A stretch of 64,000 bases of DNA from Candidatus Bathyarchaeota archaeon (GCA_963715865.1 OY970280.1:1662486-1726485), one strand, 5' to 3'; numbered from the stretch's first letter, positions 1 to 10,740 are shown. The notes: generated from the letters alone by a model not told the origin. Numbers and translations: made by a program.

Positions 1-141
1 TCTGTCAACTATGACGGTTTTATCCATTTTAGCCGTGTGGACTATACCGTCAAATACACGTCCTCTCACTGAAAGAGTCCCATGGAATGGACAGCTTCGA
101 TCGTCACATGTTTTTTTAGGCTGCTTGAAAGTTAGAGACAT
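1..141 (-). CDS. rps17p: 30S ribosomal protein uS17, 5' part (runs off window start)
   Basis: Manual translation MSLTFKQPKKTCDDRSCPFHGTLSVRGRVFDGIVHTAKMDKTVIVDR; follows rnp1 with TAATG overlap, the canonical archaeal order. Confidence 0.93.
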   Translation of the reverse strand, partial: MSLTFKQPKKTCDDRSCPFHGTLSVRGRVFDGIVHTAKMDKTVIVDR

Positions 142-422
142 TACCATAACCTCTTAATGCTTTTTTTAAGTCGGTCCTCAGGTCTGCCGACTAAAAGTTT
201 ACCGTCAATCTCTACAACTGTGCCATCATCAAACTTAAAGTTGAAAACGGCTGATTCTTTAATTACGCTCTTCTCTTTGCCTTCCTTAAGAAAAGTGAAG
301 GTATTTTTTGTTTCGCTTATGACTTTGCCGCCTAAACCAACATAGCCTTCATGAGGGCTTCTGGCGACTTTGCCTTCAGTGCCAATAAACTCATAACGAA
401 TAATTTCGGGGGTTACTTTCAT
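141..422 (-). CDS. rnp1: RNase P protein subunit Rpp29/POP4
   Basis: EFIGTEGKV...GKVISETKNT...GKLLVGRPEDR signature; located between rpl29 and rps17. Confidence 0.92.
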   Translation of the reverse strand: MKVTPEIIRYEFIGTEGKVARSPHEGYVGLGGKVISETKNTFTFLKEGKEKSVIKESAVFNFKFDDGTVVEIDGKLLVGRPEDRLKKSIKRLW

Positions 423-724
423 TGGGAAGTCTCCTCAGTTTCTTTTTTAGCCTCAGGCTTCTTTGCTGGCTTTTCGGCTTTTTTCTTTTGTTTTTTCTCT
501 GGTTCCTCGGTTGTTTTCCTGATGCCCAATTTATTCTCGTTTTCTACGGTTAGTATTTGAGCGATTGTTTTGCGCAGTTCCCTTATTCTTGCTGGGTTAT
601 CAATGGCGCCGCCTGCCTTAACCATGGTTTTGATGCGGGTTAGTTCTGCGCGTAAATCAACAAGTTTTTGGGTTCTGTCCTCAGAGGACATGGCGGTGAT
701 TTCTTTAAATCGCAATATTGCCAT
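419..724 (-). CDS. rpl29: 50S ribosomal protein uL29 with Lys/Glu-rich C-terminal extension
   Basis: LRAEL...NPARIRELRKTIAQILT motif; operon position. Confidence 0.93.
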   Translation of the reverse strand: MAILRFKEITAMSSEDRTQKLVDLRAELTRIKTMVKAGGAIDNPARIRELRKTIAQILTVENENKLGIRKTTEEPEKKQKKKAEKPAKKPEAKKETEETSQ

Positions 725-1483
725 TTACTCTTTTGCCTCCTCTTTCGGTTTGTCTGCGACTTCTGTTGCTTGTACTTCTGGCTCTGGCTGGGGCGCTTCT
801 TCCGCTTGAGGTGGTGCTTGCTCTTCTGCTTGTTCTGGCGGCTTGGCTTCTGTTTGTTCTGGAACAGTGATTTTTTCTTCTTCGGGCAATGCATCGATGA
901 TTTTAACTCTGTCAGGGAAATATGCGTCTGGCGGCATGATTTTTACTCTTACGCCGATAATGCCTGGTTTTAGTTGGACATGAGCTTCAGCTTTTTTCAT
1001 GGCTCGTAGGGCTGGTTCTCCGCATCGTGGGAAGTAGCCAGCTCGGAACTTTTCGAAGCGTGCTCGTTCTGTGGTAAGTTTTCCGCTTATGACTATTTCA
1101 GCGCCAAGTGCGCCTGCTTCCATAACTTGGTTTAGCGCCCAAAAACCAGCACGCCTAAAGTGAACGCCTCGCTGAAGCGCTGAGGCAACTCTGGATGCGA
1201 CGACGAAAGCGTTGAATTCTGGGACTTCGATTTCTGAAACTGAAATTTGAGGATTAGAAACTTTAAAGTTTTGTTCTAGGGCTGAGGCGAGTTCTTTTAT
1301 TGTTTCTCCGCCTCTGCCGATGACTAAGCCTGGACGCATGGCGTAAATTACAACATGAGTTCCAAGCGGGGTTTTGGAAATGTTTACTCCGCCGTATCCG
1401 GCTCTGTCAAGTTTTTTTTGTAAAAATTCATCTATTTCTGTTCTTTTGATTGATTCTGTTATAAAACGTTTGACTATGCTCAT
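725..1483 (-). CDS. rps3: 30S ribosomal protein uS3
   Basis: KH domain RPGLVIGRGG, GAEIVISGKL, GIIGVRVKI. Confidence 0.96.
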   Translation of the reverse strand: MSIVKRFITESIKRTEIDEFLQKKLDRAGYGGVNISKTPLGTHVVIYAMRPGLVIGRGGETIKELASALEQNFKVSNPQISVSEIEVPEFNAFVVASRVASALQRGVHFRRAGFWALNQVMEAGALGAEIVISGKLTTERARFEKFRAGYFPRCGEPALRAMKKAEAHVQLKPGIIGVRVKIMPPDAYFPDRVKIIDALPEEEKITVPEQTEAKPPEQAEEQAPPQAEEAPQPEPEVQATEVADKPKEEAKE

Positions 1484-1969
1484 TTATTGTTCTCCTTGGG
1501 TAGGTTTCTCGTCTAGGACTATTTCGACGTGCGTTGTAGTGTCGTATTTTGGTGATGCTCTTCCATGTGCTCTTGGCGTGTAACGTTTGAGTTTGATGCC
1601 TTGGTAGGCTGCTGCGTGCATTATGCGTAAGCGGTCTACGTCTAAGCCTTTGTTTTCAGCGTTTGATTGGGCTGCTTCTAGGACGTTTAGGATTTGTTGG
1701 GATGCTTTGATTGGGTATCTTCCTGCAAAAGTTTTTGTGAGTCCATGGCGATGGGGCAGTTTTTTGTTGTATCTTGTGTAGGGGACAGCTTTCTTTTTGG
1801 CTGCGACATCCCGTAAATACTGTTTTGCATCGTTTAGCATCATGCCTTTGATTGCTTTGCAGACTTCTCTTGCTGCTTTATGGGATACTTTTAGTTCTCT
1901 GCCGCTGGCTTTCGCTGTTTTTTCTGGGTTAAGCATTTCTTCGATTATTGAGTATCCCCATTTTGGCAT
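1484..1969 (-). CDS. rpl22: 50S ribosomal protein uL22 (start reassigned to MPKWGYS); first gene of the operon here
   Basis: VSHKAAREVCKAIKGM, GRYPIKA, PRAHGRA, THVEIVL. Confidence 0.95.
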   Translation of the reverse strand: MPKWGYSIIEEMLNPEKTAKASGRELKVSHKAAREVCKAIKGMMLNDAKQYLRDVAAKKKAVPYTRYNKKLPHRHGLTKTFAGRYPIKASQQILNVLEAAQSNAENKGLDVDRLRIMHAAAYQGIKLKRYTPRAHGRASPKYDTTTHVEIVLDEKPTQGEQ

Positions 1970-2465
1970 TCTTATATCTCCGATGCGCAAACAAACACGT
2001 AAAAGCAATTTATATGGCTTTCCGTATCACAACTAAGATTTCGACTAAGCTGACTAGGTTACTATCCCCCGGATAAGGGTGTAGTTCGTCTGTGAGGTGT
2101 ACAAGTTTTGGAGTGCAGTTTTACCTTTTATAGTTTTTCCAAAAAAAACCTTTTTAGCCTGTAAATTAGTCGCTGATGGTTGCGGTTTGCTTAAGCAGAC
2201 TGCAAAAGAGTCTTACTTACTCTAGCGATCCAAAAAAAAACTATCCCTCCGTATATAAACGATAAAGTGCAGAGAGAACTACAGGTTCAGTTTACAATCG
2301 GGACTCAAGTCGTGAGTAGATAGCCAATATCTAAAATCACCGCTTAGTAGCCATCAATTATTAGAGGTTGCATCTGATAATTCCTGACTAATCCTGCGAT
2401 TTGTTTATGTTTTACCTCTTTTAGAGTATTTGCTATTGCAGTTGTTAGAGTAGGAAGCAATCGGA

Positions 2466-3533
2466 ATGTCAAGCAAAAACGAAAAGATTACTATGTTGCA
2501 TGGTGCTGGCGGTACTGTCATGCATGACCTAGTCAAAAACTATATTGTAAAGTATTTTGGCGGTTTAGGCAACGTTGCCGAAGTGCCATTGGAAGCCATG
2601 GATGACGCCGCAGTTATCGGCGACGTGGTGTTTAAGAGTGATTCTCACGCGGTTAAACCCATATTTTTCCCCGGCGGCGACATCGGGCGCTTGGCAATTT
2701 CAGGCACGGTTAATGACATTTCAGCTTTAGGCGCTGAGCCTTATGCGTTGGCTTGCGGTTTTATTTTAGAAGAAGGCTTAGCGATGAGCGATTTTGAGAG
2801 GATTTTGGCGAGTATGCGGCAGACCTGTGTTGAAGCAGGCGTGGGCATCGTCACAGGCGACACGAAGGTGGTGGAGAAGGGCAGTTTAGGAGGCTGCGTC
2901 ATTAACGTTTCAGGAATCGGCAGAAGAACCCCAGCCTTAGACAGCAACCTCAGGGTGGTTAGGCAGTACCGAAACCTTACCGCTCGCTGGACACTTGACT
3001 CGAACCTTGCCGCAGGCGACAAAATAATCCTGTCAGGAACCATCGGCGACCATGGCTTAGCGGTGCTATCGGCGCAGCAGGGGTTAACGTTTGGAAGCGG
3101 CATAAAATCAGATGTGAAACCACTCAACCGCATGATACAGCGTTTACTTGGCGAAGTCGGCGGAGTAGTCACCATGAAAGATCCAACCCGTGGAGGATTA
3201 GCAGATGCTCTCAACGAGTTCACGGAAAAATCAAAAGCAGGCATCCTAATTCACGAAGACAAAGTGCCAATCAGAGATGACGTGCAAGCCGCATGCGAAA
3301 TGCTCGGCTTAGACCCCCTAGAAGTGGGAAACGAAGGAAAAATCATCATCGGCATCGTACCAGCCAAAGCAGAAGAAGCCCTCCAGTTTCTAAGAAGCAC
3401 GGATGAGGGTAAAAACGCTCAAATCATCGGCGAAGTAACTAAGGAATTTAAGGGCGTGGCTATGCAGACAACGGTGGGCGGAAAAAGAATAATCGCCAGG
3501 CCAATAGGCGATCCAGTCCCGAGAATCTGCTAA
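2466..3533 (+). CDS. hypE: Hydrogenase maturation carbamoyl dehydratase HypE
   Basis: HGAGG, GTVND, GDTKVVE, DPTRGG and C-terminal PRIC. Confidence 0.97.
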   Translation: MSSKNEKITMLHGAGGTVMHDLVKNYIVKYFGGLGNVAEVPLEAMDDAAVIGDVVFKSDSHAVKPIFFPGGDIGRLAISGTVNDISALGAEPYALACGFILEEGLAMSDFERILASMRQTCVEAGVGIVTGDTKVVEKGSLGGCVINVSGIGRRTPALDSNLRVVRQYRNLTARWTLDSNLAAGDKIILSGTIGDHGLAVLSAQQGLTFGSGIKSDVKPLNRMIQRLLGEVGGVVTMKDPTRGGLADALNEFTEKSKAGILIHEDKVPIRDDVQAACEMLGLDPLEVGNEGKIIIGIVPAKAEEALQFLRSTDEGKNAQIIGEVTKEFKGVAMQTTVGGKRIIARPIGDPVPRIC

Positions 3534-3543
3534 AACTTGCAGT

Positions 3544-4002
3544 TTATCCTGAGCCAATTATTTCAATATTAACGCTAAAGCTTGTTATTCCGCTTATACT
3601 GGATGACACTGCTAATGATAGTACTGCAGAAGTTGATTGCCCAACGTTCAACGATGCACCCGACTTATCCCAAGTAATAGTTATGGGTCCGTTAGCCCCT
3701 GAAGGACTCCAACTGTCTGTTGACATGCTCAACGCTATAGGGGCGTTGCCTGTGCTTTTAATGTAAATTGCTTTTGAAGCAATACCGCCCGGTGCTATTT
3801 GACCCCAACTTATAGATGTTAACGATTGCGTGCATGCACTATCCGAGTATACTCCAACGTTAAGTGCCGTTATCGTGCCCGAAGAGGAGATTGTTTGAGT
3901 AACAGTAAGCAACCCAGCCGTTGTAAAAGACAACAAAACCACAATTGCCGCAATAACCAAGATCAAGCGTGGTGACAGCTTACGCAAAAGACTAAATTTC
4001 AT
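3544..4002 (-). CDS. Secreted/membrane-anchored beta-rich surface protein (TasA/pilin-like candidate)
   Basis: N-terminal hydrophobic helix followed by Ser/Thr-rich beta strands (TVTQTISSSGTI, ISWGQIAPG, STGNAPIAL); homologous by eye to proviral 35999-36409. Confidence 0.6.
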   Translation of the reverse strand: MKFSLLRKLSPRLILVIAAIVVLLSFTTAGLLTVTQTISSSGTITALNVGVYSDSACTQSLTSISWGQIAPGGIASKAIYIKSTGNAPIALSMSTDSWSPSGANGPITITWDKSGASLNVGQSTSAVLSLAVSSSISGITSFSVNIEIIGSG

Positions 4003-4277
4003 AAAAAGATCCCTACGTAATCGTTCGGCAGCGCGTTTATATCGGTTTGTTGGCATCCAATGGTTGATACAATCACCGCTAACTAATAGCGATTAAGTCA
4101 AAAAACGAATACAAAATTTTTTTAAAAACCCCAGAAAAAACCGAAAGCAAGCACAAAACTAACTAACTCACCCAAACAGCGAAAACCGATAAATTAAGTT
4201 ATACTTCACACATGGAAGCAGCAACCGCGCAAAATTGAAAATTGCTGTAAAAACAGCAATTTCCTCAATTCATAATT

Positions 4278-5360
4278 TTATTCAGAAGCAGTTTTCGCCC
4301 AAACCCTGCAAGTACCCTCGCTACTAACCATACAAGCACCAATCGGCTTAGCAGGCGTACAAGCCTTCATAAACATGGGACACTCGTTAGGCTTAATTTT
4401 CCCAATAATCACCAAATGGCACTCACAACCAAGCAGAATATCCCGACCCTGCTCCACCTTAACACCAAACTTCGCTCGAGCGTCAAAATCCTTAAGCGAC
4501 TCCCGCAATTGCAAAGCAGAGTCAGGAAGCCTTCCAATACCGCGCCAATTCCCATTGGTAACCATGAAAGCCCGGTTCATCAAGTCCAGCGCCTTAGTGT
4601 TTCCCTCCCACTTCACCACACGAGGATACTCATTCTCCAACCTAGCCGCTCCTTCACTAACCTGTTTAACAATCATGTAAACAGCCATTAACACGTCAAT
4701 AGGTTCAAAACCAGCCACCACCGTGGGCATCCGATAAACCCGCGGAAACAATTCATAAGGCTTCATCCCAATAATCGCGCTCACATGCCCCGGAGCAATA
4801 AAACCGTCAATCTGCAAATCACCAACACCAAGCAACAATTCCATGGCAGGAGGAATCAAACGATGAGAAACCAAAAAACTAAAGTTCAAAGGCGGATTCC
4901 CAAGCGCCTCAACCGCCGTCGATGGAGCAGTAGTTTCAAAACCTACAGCGAAAAACGCAAACTGTTTATCAGGCTCACGCTTAGCCATTTCAACCGCGTC
5001 AGAAACCGCATATACAATTCGCACGTCAGCGCCAGCGGCTTTAGCCTCCAAAAGCGACATTTGGCTACCAGGAACGCGCAACACGTCACCGAAACACGTA
5101 ACTACGATACCTTTCTGAGCTAACTGTACAGCCTCATCAATCTCAGCAGCTGGCACAACGCAAACTGGGCAGCCGGGACCGGCAATAACCTCAATGTTCT
5201 CAGGCAAGAGGCTGCGCAATCCATAATGCGTTATAGTCCACTCATGGGTTCCGCAGATGTGGCAAATTTTCACTTTACCAGCCTTAGGCGCTAAGCTTTT
5301 GATTTTTGAGGCTATGCCCTTAGCAAATTCTGGGTCTCTGAACCTGAGTTTCTCAGCCAT
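4278..5360 (-). CDS. hypD: Hydrogenase maturation protein HypD (start MAEKLRF)
   Basis: CGTH, GPGCPVC, GFETT, PGHVS, GACMVSSEGTC. Confidence 0.97.
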   Translation of the reverse strand: MAEKLRFRDPEFAKGIASKIKSLAPKAGKVKICHICGTHEWTITHYGLRSLLPENIEVIAGPGCPVCVVPAAEIDEAVQLAQKGIVVTCFGDVLRVPGSQMSLLEAKAAGADVRIVYAVSDAVEMAKREPDKQFAFFAVGFETTAPSTAVEALGNPPLNFSFLVSHRLIPPAMELLLGVGDLQIDGFIAPGHVSAIIGMKPYELFPRVYRMPTVVAGFEPIDVLMAVYMIVKQVSEGAARLENEYPRVVKWEGNTKALDLMNRAFMVTNGNWRGIGRLPDSALQLRESLKDFDARAKFGVKVEQGRDILLGCECHLVIIGKIKPNECPMFMKACTPAKPIGACMVSSEGTCRVWAKTASE

Positions 5361-5382
5361 GCCTTTCGACTCGCATTTGCCT

Positions 5383-5607
5383 TTATTTTTGTCCAGCTTC
5401 GAGAATATCATTCCATAAACTTATGGTTTCTAAGGCTTCTTTTTCTTCAATAACCTGAATCGCGTATCCAGCGTGAACTAAAACGTAATCTCCAACTTTA
5501 GCTTCAACAAGCGTTATGTTAACGTCTCGTACGACACCTTGACCAAAATCCACATTGGCTTTTGTGCCTTCAACGCTCATTACTCGAGCGGGAATTGCTA
5601 AACACAT
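5383..5607 (-). CDS. hypC: Hydrogenase maturation chaperone HypC
   Basis: MCLAIPA start, GDYVLVHAGYAI. Confidence 0.97.
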   Translation of the reverse strand: MCLAIPARVMSVEGTKANVDFGQGVVRDVNITLVEAKVGDYVLVHAGYAIQVIEEKEALETISLWNDILEAGQK

Positions 5608-5657
5608 ACTTTATCAGTTATTAAAGACGCATTAAAGGGCGATAAAAAGAGATTGGT

Positions 5658-7940
5658 CTAAAATCGTGAAAATCCACCTACAACTGCCTGACCGAACGAA
5701 ACTCCGCCGTCACCAGCTGGAACAGCCTCATGAACCAGAAAACGCAGTCCAGCAAGCTCAACGGTCTCACGCGTGACTTTAGCAAGTATCTGGTTACATG
5801 CTGCGCCGCCAGAAAACCCAACGGCTTTAACGCCAAGCGCCAAGGCTTTCTCTACTGCCAAAGAAGCTAACCCTTTTGCCAAGTAAGCATGAGCAGAATA
5901 AGCTAAGTTAGCGGTGGATAGTTTTTGTTTGTTTTCAAAGATTGACCTTAGCATGTACGTGGTATCCAGTGTGTCTCCATGCAAGATGGGCTTTAGGTTC
6001 AAGGCATCTTTGCCAGTTATCGCGGCTGATTCCAGTTTCATGGCTGGTTCACCCTCATAACTGCGCTCGTAACATACGCCTAAAACGGCAGCGACCGCGT
6101 CTAAAACTCTGCCGCAACTTGTAGTTTCAACCGTTCCTAAGCCTTTTTCAAGTTGGTTGAGAATTAGGTTGGCTTCAGTTTCGCCGAAAGGCAAATGCGC
6201 ACTGTTCTGCATCAGCCAAGGCTCAACCTCTACGCCGGCTTTAGCAAGCATTCCAACGGCTACACGCAAGGGGAAACGGCTAGCCACATCCCCACCCAAT
6301 AATGGCTGTGGTTCCAGATGCCCCAGCCGCCTAAACTTTGCCGACTCACGTGTGCAAAACAGGATTTCGCCGCCCCACGCTTCGCCATCGGTGCCGTAGC
6401 CGTACCCGTCGCAAACGATGCTAACAGCTTCTTCTAAGTTATGTTCTGCCATTAAAGCGGCGGCGTGCGCGTGGTGATGCTGAACCTGAATCAGCGGTGA
6501 ACCGTCTGCTTCCGCCATCTCTTTGGCTAGTGCGGTTGTGGTGAATTTTGGGTGCAAATCGCAAACCACAGTTTCAGCGTGGCAGTTGGTTAAGTGGTAA
6601 AGGTGATTTGTTGCTTCTTGAAGAAACGTGCGCGTTTCCACGTTTTCCACGTCGCCGATGTGTTGGCTGATGAAGGCTTTATCCTCAAGCAAAACGCAGG
6701 CTGTATTGTTTAATTCGCCGCCTAAACCGACGACGCACCGTTTTGATTTGGCTTTGAGCCTTATGGGTGCTGGAGCGTAACCTCTGCTTCGCCTAAGGAA
6801 CACTTGGCGGTTTCCATGGGTGCGCATTACTGAGTCGTCGCATCGGTGGGCGATTTTGCGGTTGTGAAACAGGAAATAATCCACTGTGCTGCCCAGAGTT
6901 TTGAGTGCTTCATCGTTGTCTTTCACGATGGGTTGGTTTGGCGGATTCGCGCTGGTCATCACAAACGCTGAGTCATCAACTTGGTCGAAAAGCATGTAAT
7001 GCAAACCGGTGTAAGGCAGCATTACGCCGACGTTATGCAGGTTCGGCGCAACTAACGGTGAAAGATTGTAACTGCCGCTTTTATTTAGCAATACTATTGG
7101 GCGTGCAGGGGAAGATAGCAGTTCTTGCTCCTTCGAACTTACTTCGGCGAAACTTGTCGCGGAATCAAGGCTTTTTGCCATGATGGCAAAGGGTTTTTCG
7201 CGCCTATGCTTCGTTCGTCGAAGCGCCGCCAAAGGCTTCTCTTCTATGGTGGATGCTGCAATGTGGAAGCCGCCGTAGCCTTTTATGGCAAGCACGTTGC
7301 CTTCAGAGAGCAACTTTCCCGCTTCACGCACTGGATCTTTAGCTTGGATCTGCTCGCCAGATCGTGTTGTTAAATAGGCTTTTGGACCGCATTCTGGACA
7401 AGCGACGGTTTGCGCGTGAAACCGCCTGTTTGCTGGGTCATTGTATTCTTTTTGGCAGAAGCCACACAAGGGAAACTCGCGCATGGTGGTGTTTTCGCGG
7501 TCGTACGGCAATCGCTCGATGATTGTGAAGCGTGGACCGCAATTGGTGCAGGTTATAAAGAAGTATTCATAGCGCGGGTTTTTTGTGTCTCGCAGTTCAG
7601 CGAGGCACTCGTTGCATATTGCGATGTCTGGCGGTATGATTGAGCCTGAAAGCTCCGCTTCTTCGGAACTCTTGTAAATCGTAAATTTATCGTATTGGTT
7701 TTTGCCTGAAAGCTCAGTGGATTTAACCGAGTCGATTTGGGCTAAAGGCGGCTTGTTCTCGGTCAGGTCGCACATAAAATTCTTGATGCTTTGCGCGCTG
7801 CCTTCCAAGAGGATTTCTACTCCCGCATCGCCCCTGTTGCGAACGTACCCTGCCAAGCCGTTTTTTGTGGCTACGCGGTATATGAATGGACGGAAACCGA
7901 CGCCCTGAACAATCCCTGTAATGTTTAATTTAACTCTCAA
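5658..7940 (-). CDS. hypF: Carbamoyltransferase HypF
   Basis: Acylphosphatase GIVQGVGFRPF, zinc fingers CTNCGPRF/CPECGP, QHHHAH, GDGGVSFGQ. Confidence 0.97.
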   Translation of the reverse strand: MRVKLNITGIVQGVGFRPFIYRVATKNGLAGYVRNRGDAGVEILLEGSAQSIKNFMCDLTENKPPLAQIDSVKSTELSGKNQYDKFTIYKSSEEAELSGSIIPPDIAICNECLAELRDTKNPRYEYFFITCTNCGPRFTIIERLPYDRENTTMREFPLCGFCQKEYNDPANRRFHAQTVACPECGPKAYLTTRSGEQIQAKDPVREAGKLLSEGNVLAIKGYGGFHIAASTIEEKPLAALRRTKHRREKPFAIMAKSLDSATSFAEVSSKEQELLSSPARPIVLLNKSGSYNLSPLVAPNLHNVGVMLPYTGLHYMLFDQVDDSAFVMTSANPPNQPIVKDNDEALKTLGSTVDYFLFHNRKIAHRCDDSVMRTHGNRQVFLRRSRGYAPAPIRLKAKSKRCVVGLGGELNNTACVLLEDKAFISQHIGDVENVETRTFLQEATNHLYHLTNCHAETVVCDLHPKFTTTALAKEMAEADGSPLIQVQHHHAHAAALMAEHNLEEAVSIVCDGYGYGTDGEAWGGEILFCTRESAKFRRLGHLEPQPLLGGDVASRFPLRVAVGMLAKAGVEVEPWLMQNSAHLPFGETEANLILNQLEKGLGTVETTSCGRVLDAVAAVLGVCYERSYEGEPAMKLESAAITGKDALNLKPILHGDTLDTTYMLRSIFENKQKLSTANLAYSAHAYLAKGLASLAVEKALALGVKAVGFSGGAACNQILAKVTRETVELAGLRFLVHEAVPAGDGGVSFGQAVVGGFSRF

Positions 7941-7954
7941 AATTAAGTCATCTT

Positions 7955-8191
7955 CTAAATAAGTTGTCGCCTTTTTGCCCTGTTTACGGCATCTTCACAG
8001 GCAAGTTTTTCAGCTTCAACTTTCAGTTCTTTCCTATCTTTGTTGGTAGATAACCATTTTTCTGCAGTTTTTGAAAGGGGTATAGTAATGAAATAAGAGC
8101 CTGCTGCTATGACTATCGCTTTGGTTTCCTTGATGCCTAACTTTTCTGGGATAGTCATTCTTCCTCTCTTGTCGATTTCCACAACAGGCAT
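7955..8191 (-). CDS. AbrB/MazE/SpoVT-family DNA-binding protein
   Basis: VVEIDKRGRMTIP swapped-hairpin motif. Confidence 0.75.
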   Translation of the reverse strand: MPVVEIDKRGRMTIPEKLGIKETKAIVIAAGSYFITIPLSKTAEKWLSTNKDRKELKVEAEKLACEDAVNRAKRRQLI

Positions 8192-8252
8192 AGTAATCCC
8201 TTATGGTATAAGAAATCCTTAGAGTTAAAAATTGCCCAAAAACAATCAAATT

Positions 8253-8540
8253 CTAAACCGATTTCTGTTTCTCTTTCTTGAGAGCGCGCCTTAAAACTTT
8301 GCCCACTGAACTGATTGGCAATTCTTTTCTGAATTCTACTTCATGGATTGCTTTGTAGGGTGCGATTTTATCGTTAACGAAAGCCATGATTTCCTCTGCC
8401 GACACAACCGTGCCCTCTTTGAGGACAATGAAAGCCTTCGGAACTTCGCCTGCCAACTTGTCTGGTTTGCCGACGACTGCGCACAGTTTTACGGCTGGGT
8501 GCTCGTAGAGGACGTCTTCGAGTTCGCGTGGGTAAATGCT
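8253..8540 (-). pseudogene. Diverged duplicate of the 3' end of the acyl-CoA ligase gene
   Basis: Reads SIYPRELEDVLYEHPAVKLCAVVGKPD...GKVLRR, closely matching the C-terminus of 10852-12501; no start codon or N-terminal domain. Confidence 0.85.
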
Positions 8541-8650
8541 GGACTATAAGAGAGGTCTTAGCGAACCAACAACCCTTTTTCTTTCAAACTAAGCCTAAAA
8601 GTCTAGTTGAACGGTGACTATTCTAACAAGCGCCCTAATGGAGATCAAAT

Positions 8651-8974
8651 TTAGAGCATGTTTATACTCTCTTCATGTTTTCTACGTTGGATAAGCATTC
8701 TCTTTCCTGATATCGTTATTCTATAACTAAGCAGCGCACGGTTTATAATTCCATGGAATGAGCTTGCGCATAGCAAAGGTACAATTCTGAAATCCCTGTC
8801 AGAGTTGGGCAAGATATTAAGCATAGTGTTAACACAATATTGAATCTTTGCTTGCACTTCAGTTAAGTTAGGATTACCTTGTTTAACCTCGATGACGTAC
8901 ATGGTAGGCCTTTGGTTAAGGGGAAACCTGAAAATTATGCAATCACACCTCTTTGCGGGTTCGTCTTTGCACAA
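8651..8974 (-). CDS. Small PD-(D/E)xK-like protein; reading frame stays open upstream to ~9130, so the true start is likely further 5'
   Basis: KRCDCIIF...YVIEVKQG resembles the D...ExK nuclease motif; directly downstream of an AAA ATPase; AT-rich. Confidence 0.5.
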   Translation of the reverse strand: MCKDEPAKRCDCIIFRFPLNQRPTMYVIEVKQGNPNLTEVQAKIQYCVNTMLNILPNSDRDFRIVPLLCASSFHGIINRALLSYRITISGKRMLIQRRKHEESINML

Positions 8975-9093
8975 GCAGCCATCAAATCTTACATGAATAT
9001 ATTCATCAATATTATTATTCCAAGAAATATTTCCTAACTCAATGCAATCTTCCGCTGGATTATGGATAAAAGCTTGGAGTGTGGGGTGGCTAC

Positions 9094-10566
9094 TTATGCT
9101 TTGGGCGATAACGGTAGCTCTTTTTGGAATATTTGTTCACCTTTAAAATCCTCATTCTCCAATTTGAGTTCTGTCTCATAAAGTTCTTTGATTACGTCAT
9201 CAAAAGAAGAAATATCTTTGATAATTCCTCTTTTTGATATTTTTATTTCCTCTGAGGTACAGCCTGTTTCTCCCTCTTTCAACCAGTAAATAGTTGCGCT
9301 TGCCTTAATTTGAGGTGGCGCTTTGCCGTAAGCTTGACCAAACATATGACCAACCGCACGTAGCATAATGTCGCTGTGAGTAGTAATCAGGACATTAACT
9401 TTATTAGATGCTATATCGCCAATCACATTGGCCATTTTAATTTGGGCACCAGGATGTAAATGGGATTCTGGTTCTTCAATGAGCAAATAGTCTCCATGCT
9501 TTACGAATTCTTTGACAATGAAATAAATTGGTGTTAGTTCTTTAATCATTGAAGCCGCATGGATTAAATCGGTCTCACCAGTCCTCTTACCCGAAGAGAA
9601 CTTATAAACCAGTCTGGATTTTAGCTGACCTTTAACTTTCCTAAATTGTATTTCTCCTCTAAACATTTGTTTAAAAGATTCGGAGACAATTTTGTTCAAT
9701 GGACCTTTATGATTTTTCAATTGAAGCATAACTGAATAAAATTGAGCTGCCATACCTGGCATAGGCGGCATCGATAGCCCTCTAACGGGAGCTACGGGCG
9801 ATAATGAAACAAGACCTTGCACTACCGTTTCATAGCTCTCAATTAACCCACCTCTTCCCGCCGGGATATAGTATGGTTTTCCATGCCAGCATTTCCTTGT
9901 TTCATTGGAAATAAGGAGGCTCGATATTTCCCTATATAATTTAGCGAGATGGACATTCTTTCGTTTCCTGACGGTTCTTAGGGTCTCAAAAATTTTGGAT
10001 TCTGCAAGGATTTCCGAGTAAGGTTTCCATCTGAGCTCATCTACTTTAGCAATCGATGTCGCGTTTCCTTTTCTTGTTAATTCCACTGAAACTTCTAGAA
10101 GCTCGTTGATATCCCACCTAATTTTTGAGAAATTGTGGTTGATATTTACAAGTTTGCTTACATCAACACCAAAACTTCTTTCTAAAGAAGGCTGAAATAT
10201 TTTGGTAATTCGGTTAGATAAGCTCTTCAAAAAAATATCTGTTAAATCTTTTATTATTGAAGAATTATCTTTGTTATCAACTGTTATTTTTTTTGCTAAA
10301 TCCCTTAATTGCTCCCTTGATTGAAGATTCGTATAAAATAGATAATCTTCATCTTCTAATTCCACATTTAACTCTACAGCCCAAGAAGGTAGCGTTGGTT
10401 CAATTGCCTGTTTAGTGCAATCAATAATAGAGTAGTAAAGCTGGGCTAAATAGGATTTGCCCAAGTTGTTTTTCCCTATCAGAACAGTAAGATTCCGAAA
10501 ATCAACATCAACTTGTTGTAAAGGACCAAAGTTTTTGACCCTGAGTCGCATAAGGTACCCTATCAA
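9094..10566 (-). CDS. ABC-type/AAA_15-AAA_21 family ATPase (possible defence module)
   Basis: RLRVKNFGP, Walker A GKNNLGKS, YYIPAGRGG, Walker B region LLIEEPESHLHP, LITTHS; AT-rich relative to flanks. Confidence 0.8.
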   Translation of the reverse strand: MIGYLMRLRVKNFGPLQQVDVDFRNLTVLIGKNNLGKSYLAQLYYSIIDCTKQAIEPTLPSWAVELNVELEDEDYLFYTNLQSREQLRDLAKKITVDNKDNSSIIKDLTDIFLKSLSNRITKIFQPSLERSFGVDVSKLVNINHNFSKIRWDINELLEVSVELTRKGNATSIAKVDELRWKPYSEILAESKIFETLRTVRKRKNVHLAKLYREISSLLISNETRKCWHGKPYYIPAGRGGLIESYETVVQGLVSLSPVAPVRGLSMPPMPGMAAQFYSVMLQLKNHKGPLNKIVSESFKQMFRGEIQFRKVKGQLKSRLVYKFSSGKRTGETDLIHAASMIKELTPIYFIVKEFVKHGDYLLIEEPESHLHPGAQIKMANVIGDIASNKVNVLITTHSDIMLRAVGHMFGQAYGKAPPQIKASATIYWLKEGETGCTSEEIKISKRGIIKDISSFDDVIKELYETELKLENEDFKGEQIFQKELPLSPKA

Positions 10567-10740
10567 CGAAATAAGACCCCATTGTTTAAAAGACTTACTA
10601 TAAAACTTGATATGTTGGTACAGAATTCTTGTTACTTAAATTATGTGCTCCAAACGTTTCTCTTTCAAACAAAGAACGTTCGTCATACTGTTAATCCGCA
10701 TTGTTTCAATCAAGTAATTAATTTTCACCCAGATGGTAAA

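Noticed and set aside
2035-2465. Intergenic region with short repeats (ACTATCCC twice, GTAGTTC/GAACTAC)
   Set aside because: Too short and weak to call a MITE or ncRNA; compatible with a divergent promoter region.
2466-7940. Split orientation of hypE versus hypFCD
   Set aside because: Ordinary variation in archaeal hyp clusters.
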